Assembly: GCA_046306335.1 (NCBI GenBank) | Contig: JBKDXM010000136.1 | Coordinates: forward strand, 31,440-95,439 | Length of the DNA stretch: 64,000 bases | DNA from: Planctomycetota bacterium | GTDB taxonomy: Bacteria; Planctomycetota; UBA1135; UBA2386 | Direction: 5' to 3' | Shown: positions 57,836-64,000 of the stretch, piece after piece | Position numbering within the stretch: the first letter of the stretch is position 1 | Layout of the letters: every line of letters begins with the position of its first letter | Translations under genes and position numbers: made by a program | Notes under the pieces: generated by a model | The model's database searches: none | What the model saw: only the letters and a program-made list of their open reading frames with translations | Told to the model about the DNA's origin: nothing

Positions 57836-58786
57836 GTGACCACTGCCACGCCACCACCGACGCCGCACCTCGGGCAGCCCGCCTGGGCCACCGCCCTCGA
57901 CACCCGCAACCGGGCGTGGTGGAACGACCTCGCGATGCGCGGCGTCGTGCTGGCCGGCGGCATGTCGGCGATCCTCTTCATCGTCGCGATCTTCGGCTTC
58001 ATCGCCAGCCAGGGCTTCGAGTTCATCGTCAACCGCCTCGACCTCGGCGAACTGCTGCTCGGGGTGCGCTGGGAGCCGACGGTCGAGCCGCCGGTGTACG
58101 GCGCGCTGCCGCTGATCGCCGGCACCGGCTGGATCACCGCGGTCGCGATGGCGATCGCGGTGCCGCTCGCCTTCGGCGCGGCGATCTACGTCGGCGAGTT
58201 CGCGCACGGCAAGCAGCGCGAGTGGCTCAAGATCGGCATCGAGCTGCTCGCGGCGATCCCGTCGGTCGTCTGGGGCGTGATCGGCCTGCACGTGATGAAG
58301 CCGCTGATCCAGGAGCTCTTCGGCGTCCAGGTCGGCCTCAACGTGCTCAACGCCGGCATCATCCTCGGCCTGATGGCGGCGCCGATCATGGCGACCATCG
58401 CCGAGGATGCGCTCAAGGCCGTGCCCGACAGCTACCGCGAAGCCGCCGAGGCGCTCGGCGCCACCAAGTGGCAGGTGATCTGGAAGGTCGTACTGCCGCA
58501 CGCGCGCCCCGGCCTGTCCGCCGCCGTGCTGCTCGGCATCGGCCGCGCGTTCGGCGAGACGATCGCCGTGCTGATGGCGAGCGGCCACCGGCTGATGATC
58601 CCGGAGAGCATCTTCGACTCGGCGGCGACGCTGACGGCGACCATCGCGGCCGAGCTCGGCGAGGCGGCCGTCGGTGGCGACCACTACCAGGTGCTGTTCG
58701 TGCTCGGGATGCTGCTGTTCCTGATCACGTTCGCCATCAACCTGACGGCGGACTGGATCGTGCGCGGCCGGAGGCGCAAGGCATGA
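57836..58786 (+). CDS. pstC: Phosphate ABC transporter permease PstC.
   Basis: 316 aa from GTG 57836. It has the EAA-type loop (EDALKAVPDSYREAAEALGATKWQVIWKVVLPHARPG) and six TM segments. Confidence 0.9.
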   Translation: MTTATPPPTPHLGQPAWATALDTRNRAWWNDLAMRGVVLAGGMSAILFIVAIFGFIASQGFEFIVNRLDLGELLLGVRWEPTVEPPVYGALPLIAGTGWITAVAMAIAVPLAFGAAIYVGEFAHGKQREWLKIGIELLAAIPSVVWGVIGLHVMKPLIQELFGVQVGLNVLNAGIILGLMAAPIMATIAEDALKAVPDSYREAAEALGATKWQVIWKVVLPHARPGLSAAVLLGIGRAFGETIAVLMASGHRLMIPESIFDSAATLTATIAAELGEAAVGGDHYQVLFVLGMLLFLITFAINLTADWIVRGRRRKA

Positions 58787-59667
58787 GCCGCGCCAACCCG
58801 TTCGTGCCGACGGCGCTCGAAGGCCGCAGCCTCGGGGCCGAGAAGGTCGCCCGCCTGGGCTTCCTCGTCGTCACGATGCTGCTGCTGATCCCGGCGCTCG
58901 GCATCCTCGCCGTGCTGGTCGTCGAGGGCGCGCCGGGCCTGTCGCTGGCGTTCTTCACCGAGAAGCCGCGCGAGAACGGCGCCGCCGGCGGCATCGCCAC
59001 GGCGCTCGTCGGCACCGTCTGGCTGACCGCCGTCGCGCTCGCGATCGCGCTGCCGGTAGGCGTCGCCGCCGCGATCTACCTCAGCGAGTACGCGCGCGAC
59101 AACTGGCTGACGCGCACGATCAACGTCGCCATCGTCAACCTCGCCGGCGTGCCCTCGATCGTGCACGCGCTGTTCGGCGTCGGCGCGTTCGTTCACTTCC
59201 TGCAGTTCGGCAAGTCGATCCTGGCGGCGAGCTGCACGCTGGCGGTCATGACGCTGCCCGTCGTCATCGTCGCCACGCGCGAGTCGCTGCAGGCGGTGCC
59301 CAAGGCCTTCCGCGAGGCCAGCTGGAACATGGGCGCGACGCGCTGGCAGACCATCTGGCACATCGTGCTGCCGAACTCCGGCAGCGGCATCCTGACCGGC
59401 CTGATCCTCGTCGTCTGCCGCGCCGTCGGCGAGACCGCGCCGATCATGTTCACCGGCGCGGTGTTCTTCCGGCAGCTGTACCCGGGCGGCGTCTTCGACA
59501 AGACGATGGCGCTGTCGCTGCACCTGTTCAACGTCTCGACGCAGGTCACCAACGTGCCGCGGCACGTGCCGTTCGCCGTCGCGCTGACCCTGATCATGGT
59601 GGTGCTGTCGATGAACGCGCTGGCGATCTGGTTCCGCATGCGGCTGCGCGGGAGGAAGAAGTGGTGA
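58783..59667 (+). CDS. pstA: Phosphate ABC transporter permease PstA.
   Basis: 294 aa with an ATGA overlap on the pstC stop. The loop is ESLQAVPKAFREASWNMGATRWQTIWHIVLPNSGSG. Confidence 0.92.
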   Translation: MSRANPFVPTALEGRSLGAEKVARLGFLVVTMLLLIPALGILAVLVVEGAPGLSLAFFTEKPRENGAAGGIATALVGTVWLTAVALAIALPVGVAAAIYLSEYARDNWLTRTINVAIVNLAGVPSIVHALFGVGAFVHFLQFGKSILAASCTLAVMTLPVVIVATRESLQAVPKAFREASWNMGATRWQTIWHIVLPNSGSGILTGLILVVCRAVGETAPIMFTGAVFFRQLYPGGVFDKTMALSLHLFNVSTQVTNVPRHVPFAVALTLIMVVLSMNALAIWFRMRLRGRKKW

Positions 59668-60458
59668 ACTCCCCCACCGCGCCGCTCGCCGCGGCGACCG
59701 CCACCCCGGCGCTGCTGACCGTGCGCGGCCTGTCGATCCGCTACGGCGCCAAGGTCGCGCTGCAGGACGTCGACCTCGACGTCCGGCCCAACGAGATCTT
59801 CGGCATCATCGGCCCGGCCAACGCCGGCAAGACCTCGTTCCTGCGCGCGCTCAACCGCATGGACGAGTTCGTCCCGGACATGCGCGTCGACGGCGCGGTC
59901 ACCTTCGCCGGCCGCGACCTGCGCACGATCCGCAACCTGTACGCGCTGCGCAGCCACATCGGCGTGGTGTTCCCGCTGCCGGTCGGCCTGCCGCTGTCGA
60001 TCTACGACAACGTCGCGCTCGCGCCGCGCCTGCGCGGCGTCAAGGCGAAGTCCGAGCTCGACGGCATCGTCGAGCGCAGCCTGCGGCGCGCGGCGCTGTG
60101 GGACGAGGTCAAGGACCGGCTCAAGAACCTCGGCTCGCTGCTCAGCGGCGGCCAGCAGCAGCGCCTGACGATCGCGCGCGCGCTGTCGCAGGAGCCCGAG
60201 CTGCTGCTGCTCGACGAGTTCTCGATCGCCGTCGACCCCGTGACGACGATGCGCATCGAGGAGGTGCTCAAGGAACTGCGCCAGGAGCTGACCATCGTGC
60301 TGGTCACCAACCTCGTGCAGCAGGCCCGGCGCCTCGCCGCCCGCACCGCCTTCTTCCTCGGCGGCCGCTGCGTCGAGCTCGCCGCGACCGAAGACCTGTT
60401 CAACGGCGGCGCCAAGGACCAGCGCACGATCGACTACCTGGAGGGACGCTTTGGCTGA
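59661..60458 (+). CDS. PstB-like ABC ATPase paralog with degenerate Q-loop and H-loop.
   Basis: About 265 aa from GTG 59661/59664, with SD GGAGGAAG at 59651-59658. Walker A is GPANAGKTS and the Q-loop position is VVFPLP (no Gln). The signature LSGGQQQRL is intact and Walker B is LLLLDEF. The H-loop is LVTNLV (no His). The C-terminus DYLEGRFG is PstB-like. Confidence 0.88.
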   Translation: MVNSPTAPLAAATATPALLTVRGLSIRYGAKVALQDVDLDVRPNEIFGIIGPANAGKTSFLRALNRMDEFVPDMRVDGAVTFAGRDLRTIRNLYALRSHIGVVFPLPVGLPLSIYDNVALAPRLRGVKAKSELDGIVERSLRRAALWDEVKDRLKNLGSLLSGGQQQRLTIARALSQEPELLLLDEFSIAVDPVTTMRIEEVLKELRQELTIVLVTNLVQQARRLAARTAFFLGGRCVELAATEDLFNGGAKDQRTIDYLEGRFG

Positions 60459-60462
60459 TTCG

Positions 60463-61269
60463 ATGTCCCTGAAGACCCGCACCACGATCCTCAACCTGCC
60501 CGAGCACCGGGCGCCGGCGATCGAGGTGCAGGACCTGAGCCTCTGGTACGGCAAGTTCCAGGCGCTGCACGACGTCACGCTGACGATCAAGTCCGGCATC
60601 GTGACGGCGCTGATCGGTCCGTCCGGCTGCGGCAAGTCGACGCTGCTGCGCTCGTGCAACCGCATCAACGAGCGCCTGGGCTACGTCACGACCACGGGCA
60701 CCATCAAGGTGCTCGGCCACGACGTCTACGGCGACGAGGCCTCGCGCATCCAGGTGCGCCGCCACGTCGGCATGGTCTTCCAGCGGCCCAACCCGCTGCC
60801 GCTGTCGATCCGCGACAACGTGCTGTTCGGCCACCGGCTGCACAGCGCGCGCCGCGCCAGCCGCGCCGACGAGGAGGCGCTGCTGGAGCAGGCGCTGCGC
60901 GAGGTGCTGCTGTGGGACCGCGTCAAGGACCGCCTCGACGGCAAGGCCACGCAGCTGTCGCTGGAGGAGCAGCAGAAGCTGTGCATCGCGCGCCTGCTGC
61001 CGACCAAGCCGTCCGTGCTGCTGATGGACGAGCCGTGCAGCGCGCTCGACCCCGAGGCGACCAGCGCCGTCGAGGACCTGATCTGGGACCTGCGCGGCCA
61101 CTACTCGATCCTGATCGTCACCCACAACATGGCCCAGGCCCGGCGCGCGAGCGACGAATGCGTGTTCATGCTGATGGGCAAGGTCGTCGAGCACACCGAG
61201 ACCGAGGACATGTTCGTCGCGCCGCAGAAGCAGGAGACCTCGGACTACATCGAGGGCCGCTTCGGCTGA
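60463..61269 (+). CDS. pstB: Phosphate ABC transporter ATP-binding protein PstB with a degenerate signature motif.
   Basis: 268 aa from ATG 60463. The track's 60451 start is a TTG overlapping the previous gene. Walker A is GPSGCGKST, the Q-loop MVFQRPNPLP, Walker B LLMDEPCSALDP and the H-loop IVTHNM. The signature is LSLEEQQKL instead of LSGGQ. Confidence 0.92.
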   Translation: MSLKTRTTILNLPEHRAPAIEVQDLSLWYGKFQALHDVTLTIKSGIVTALIGPSGCGKSTLLRSCNRINERLGYVTTTGTIKVLGHDVYGDEASRIQVRRHVGMVFQRPNPLPLSIRDNVLFGHRLHSARRASRADEEALLEQALREVLLWDRVKDRLDGKATQLSLEEQQKLCIARLLPTKPSVLLMDEPCSALDPEATSAVEDLIWDLRGHYSILIVTHNMAQARRASDECVFMLMGKVVEHTETEDMFVAPQKQETSDYIEGRFG

Positions 61270-61295
61270 CGGCCGGCCGGGCGGCGCGCTATCCT
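61266..61295 (+). promoter_or_regulatory. Candidate promoter of the PPIase gene: CTGACG-N18-TATCCT, with the -10 box 11 nt from the ATG.
   Basis: CTGACG at 61266-61271 overlaps the pstB stop. TATCCT is at 61290-61295 and the ATG at 61307. Confidence 0.35.
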
Positions 61296-61306
61296 GCGCC
61301 GCCCCG

Positions 61307-62671
61307 ATGAACGCGCTGACGCCGCTGCTCTTCCCGCTGCTCGCCGCCCTGCCGCAGGGCCCGGACGACGCGCTCGCGACCTACCAGCTCGACGGCAAGA
61401 CCCTGCCGGTCACGCGCACCGACGTGGCGCTGGAGATGGCGTTCCACCTGCGGCGGCGCGACCGCGGCCAGCAGGCGGTCGAGCAGCTCGTCGCCGTCGC
61501 CATCACGCGCAAGGCGGCAGAGGCGCGCAAGCTGATGCCGAGCGACGCCGACGTGCGCGCCTTCTGGAACGACCTGCAGGCGCAGCTGCGCGCCGCCGGC
61601 CGCCGCCCCGAGGACGTCCCGGCGGTGCGCAACACCGGCGAGGCGCAGTGGCTCGCCGACCTCGCCGTGCAGCTGGCGCAGAAGCGGGTGGTGCGCGAGG
61701 AGCTCGGCCTGAAGGCCGACGAGGAGGTCAGCGGCGACATGCTGAACCTCTGGCTGCAGGAGCAGCGCAAGCAGGCGATCGTGGTCACCGACCCGGACCT
61801 GCTGCCGGCCGGCTCGGCGGCGCGCGTCGGCAGCACCGACATCCCGCTGATCGAACTCGGCACGCTGCTGCTGCGCACCGCCGAGGACGAGGAACGCGAC
61901 CGCTTCGTCAAGCAGGTCGTCTACCTCGCCGCGCTGGAGTCCGCCGCGCGCAAGGAAGGCGTGCAGGTCACCGCCGCCGACCTCGACGCCGCCGTCAAGA
62001 AGCACAAGGACGACGCCGCCAAGGACCCGCGCTACAGCGGCGTGACCTACGAGAACCTGCTGAAGGCCGAGGGCCTGTCGGCGCAGAGCATCCGCGACCT
62101 GCGCGTCTTCCGCGGCCAGATCCTGCTCGACAAGCTCGCGCGCGCGCGCTGCCGCGACGAGGACCTCGCCGCCGAGATCGCGAAGGACCGCCAGGGCGTG
62201 CTCGAACGACACGGCCCGCGCCGGCGCCTGGGCCTGATCTACCTGCGCGCGATCGACGCACCCAATCCGCTGGTGCCGCGCGACTTCGCCGCCGCCGAGC
62301 GCGAACTCGCCGCGGTGCGCGCGCGCCTCGACAAGGAGGCCTTCGACGTCGTCGCCCGCATCGCCAGCGAGCACAACGCCAGCAAGCAGCAGGGCGGCGA
62401 CGCCGGCTGGCACCGCCGCCGCTCCGAGCGCCTGCCAGAACCCGTGCTCGCCGCCGCGTTCGCGCAGACGGCCGGCGCCGTGTCCGGCCCCGTTCGCCTC
62501 GCCGACGGCGTGGCCCTGGTGAAGACGCTCGACGTCGAGCCCGATCCCGACGACGCGGCGCTGCGGCAACGGCTGCGCGAAGGCAAGGCGAAGGAACTGC
62601 AGCAGCAGCTCTTCGACGCATGCAAGCTGGCCATGACGCCGCCGGCGACGCCGGCAGGAGCGCGCAAGTGA
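61307..62671 (+). CDS. SurA/PrsA-like periplasmic chaperone / parvulin-type peptidyl-prolyl isomerase.
   Basis: 454 aa with a signal peptide and a long helical chaperone region. The C-terminal parvulin-like block is ASEHNASKQQGGDAGWHRR...VSGPVRLADGVALVK. Confidence 0.75.
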   Translation: MNALTPLLFPLLAALPQGPDDALATYQLDGKTLPVTRTDVALEMAFHLRRRDRGQQAVEQLVAVAITRKAAEARKLMPSDADVRAFWNDLQAQLRAAGRRPEDVPAVRNTGEAQWLADLAVQLAQKRVVREELGLKADEEVSGDMLNLWLQEQRKQAIVVTDPDLLPAGSAARVGSTDIPLIELGTLLLRTAEDEERDRFVKQVVYLAALESAARKEGVQVTAADLDAAVKKHKDDAAKDPRYSGVTYENLLKAEGLSAQSIRDLRVFRGQILLDKLARARCRDEDLAAEIAKDRQGVLERHGPRRRLGLIYLRAIDAPNPLVPRDFAAAERELAAVRARLDKEAFDVVARIASEHNASKQQGGDAGWHRRRSERLPEPVLAAAFAQTAGAVSGPVRLADGVALVKTLDVEPDPDDAALRQRLREGKAKELQQQLFDACKLAMTPPATPAGARK

Positions 62672-63450
62672 GGCGCCTCTCGTTCGCGGGCGACGACCGG
62701 CTGCGCGTCGTCGAGGTCGCCGGCGCGAAGTGGTTCGACGCGCTGTCGCTGTGGCGGCCGACCGACCCGGACCTCGTGACCACCGGCGCGCACGAGGTCG
62801 CGTGCGTGCTGCTCGGCGGCACCTTCGACCTCGTCGGCGGCGGCACCGCGTGGCCGGCGCGCGGCGCGCGCAAGGACGCGTTCGGCGGCCGGCCGATGGC
62901 GGTGTTCCTGCCGCCGGCGACGCCGTTCCGCACCAGCAACGGGCAGGGCGAACTGCTGCTCGTCGCCGCCCGCCAGCCCGCCGCCAAGGACGCGCCGCAG
63001 GGCCGCGAGGCGCTGGCACACAAGCCGCTGCTGCCGCTCGCCGGCAGCGGCAAGTCGTTCGACCCCAACAGCGGCGAGTGGAAGCCGGCCGAGACCTTCC
63101 CGACCGCGCCCGAGTCGCTGCCGCCGCGCCGCTTCGAACGCATCCCCGTCGGCGACGTCGTCGTCGAGCGCATGTTCGCGCCCGACTACAAGGCCGCGAC
63201 GCTGAGCGTCGACGAGGCCGTGGTGCCCGCCGGCGGCGCGCTGCGCCTGGGCGACGTCCCGGGCCGGCCGATGTGCGACGAGACGCTGCTGTTCGTGCGC
63301 GCGCCGCACGGCGCCACGGTCGAGCACGACGGCCGCAGCGAGGCGATCGCCGGCGACGGCGTCGTGCTGCTGCCGTTCGACGGCCGCGACGCCGTCGTGC
63401 GCGCCGGCGCCGGCCCGTGCTTCGTCGTCGTCAGCAGCGGCGGCAAGTGA
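62668..63450 (+). CDS. KduI/IolB-family cupin (5-deoxy-glucuronate isomerase-like).
   Basis: 260 aa from GTG 62668 (GTGA overlap with the upstream stop). The pattern HEVACVLLGGTFDLVGGG...ARGARKDAFGGRPMAVFLPP resembles the IolB double-cupin core. No other iol genes are nearby. Confidence 0.6.
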   Translation: MRRLSFAGDDRLRVVEVAGAKWFDALSLWRPTDPDLVTTGAHEVACVLLGGTFDLVGGGTAWPARGARKDAFGGRPMAVFLPPATPFRTSNGQGELLLVAARQPAAKDAPQGREALAHKPLLPLAGSGKSFDPNSGEWKPAETFPTAPESLPPRRFERIPVGDVVVERMFAPDYKAATLSVDEAVVPAGGALRLGDVPGRPMCDETLLFVRAPHGATVEHDGRSEAIAGDGVVLLPFDGRDAVVRAGAGPCFVVVSSGGK

Positions 63451-63518
63451 GCTGACGCCAGGGCGCGCACCACGAGCCGTCCGCGCCGGCGCCGCGCCGG
63501 CCGTTCACGGGCCGCGGG

Positions 63519-64000
63519 TCACCCGAGCACCGTCGCGCGGCTGCCGTCGGCGAGCGCGACGACGCTGCCCATCGCCTGGAAGTCCTTCGGCAGGAAGCCC
63601 ATGCCCACGCGGTAGCCGCCGCCCGGCGCGACCGCGGCGCGCATCACGCGGCCGACGGCGAGCTGGTCTTCGACCTCGTGCAGCGGCTGCGGCGCGTCGA
63701 TCGCCGGCCCCGGGTCGAGCCGCAACAGGCACAGCTTGCGGTTGGTGTGGCCGTAGGTGTGGATGCGCGCGACGATCTCCTGGCCGGTGTAGCAGCCCTT
63801 CGTCGTGCTGATCGCGTCGTCGAGGTCGGCTTCTAGCGCGAGCGTCGTCGGCTCGGTCTCGCGGCCGACGCGCACGTCGCCGACCAGCAGGCGCACGCAC
63901 TCGGCGCGCGCCGCGTCGAACGCCGCCGCCCCCGCCGCCCCCGCCGCCCCCAACGCGTCACCGGCCGCCGGCGCGCCGAAGCGCCGCGTGAAAACGAGCC
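63519..64000 (-). CDS. ygfZ: Folate-binding YgfZ/GcvT-C-terminal family protein. The 5' end lies outside the window.
   Basis: The C-terminal region carries the family hallmark KGCYTGQEIVARIHTYGHTNRKL. The reading frame stays open to the right edge. Confidence 0.8.
   Translation of the reverse strand, partial: LVFTRRFGAPAAGDALGAAGAAGAAAFDAARAECVRLLVGDVRVGRETEPTTLALEADLDDAISTTKGCYTGQEIVARIHTYGHTNRKLCLLRLDPGPAIDAPQPLHEVEDQLAVGRVMRAAVAPGGGYRVGMGFLPKDFQAMGSVVALADGSRATVLG

Noticed and set aside
60451-60462. TTG start proposed by the ORF track for the second pstB (MADS...), overlapping the first pstB by 8 nt.
   Set aside because: An in-frame ATG at 60463 follows the upstream stop by 4 nt and gives a normal PstB N-terminus. 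TTG is a rare start codon.

Overview
Very GC-rich (over 70% by eye) chromosomal segment from a diderm bacterium. It is densely coding: I call 54 CDS, most gaps are under 100 bp, and there are at least 16 start/stop overlaps of the ATGA, GTGA or TGATG type. I found no rRNA, tRNA, CRISPR array, transposase, integrase or phage genes. The many long Arg/Ala/Gly/Pro-rich ORFs in the six-frame track are shadow frames of the real genes.

Gene content from left to right:
- The tail of a Bat-type operon (DUF58, DUF4381-like, BatA-like vWA).
- A sigma-54 enhancer-binding response regulator and a 1332-aa TPR-like protein.
- An eight-gene minus-strand exosortase (PEP-CTERM type) exopolysaccharide operon: Wza-like exporter, Wzz/PCP, O-antigen-ligase-like protein, AsnB-like amidotransferase, two GT4 glycosyltransferases, an exosortase-EpsI fusion and a polysaccharide deacetylase.
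- A 923-aa beta-sandwich-repeat protein, a GH63-like glucosidase, and rluA-family/rpoD/dnaG.
- rsmA, an FGE-sulfatase-domain protein and an OmpA-family lipoprotein.
- Small unknown proteins, an alpha/beta hydrolase, miaE and an 1194-aa unknown secreted protein.
- An MBL (persulfide-dioxygenase-like) gene, ppa, trmB, a Rieske gene and a rhodanese gene.
- An aminotransferase, a Tat-exported TIM-barrel isomerase, efp, a polytopic membrane protein and larC.
- A HEAT-repeat protein, an Mla-type lipid transporter (STAS-MlaE, MlaF, MlaD, PqiC-like), a CBS protein, an MFS transporter and an LpxL-type acyltransferase.
- A non-canonical Pst phosphate transporter operon, a SurA/PrsA-like PPIase, an IolB-like cupin and a partial ygfZ.

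Most noteworthy observations:
1. Two tandem PstB genes carry complementary motif degeneracy, which predicts an asymmetric ATPase heterodimer.
2. A PhoU protein fused to a catalytically dead LMW-PTP/ArsC-like domain sits between pstS and pstC.
3. The NtrC-type regulator next to the exosortase locus has Glu instead of the phospho-acceptor Asp, and no kinase gene is nearby.
4. A recurrent CTAnnnT(C) -10-like box lies 10-12 nt upstream of several start codons, implying near-leaderless mRNAs.
5. EF-P has Asn at the normally modified Lys/Arg loop position.

All functional calls rest on motif recognition by eye. No database search or HMM was run.
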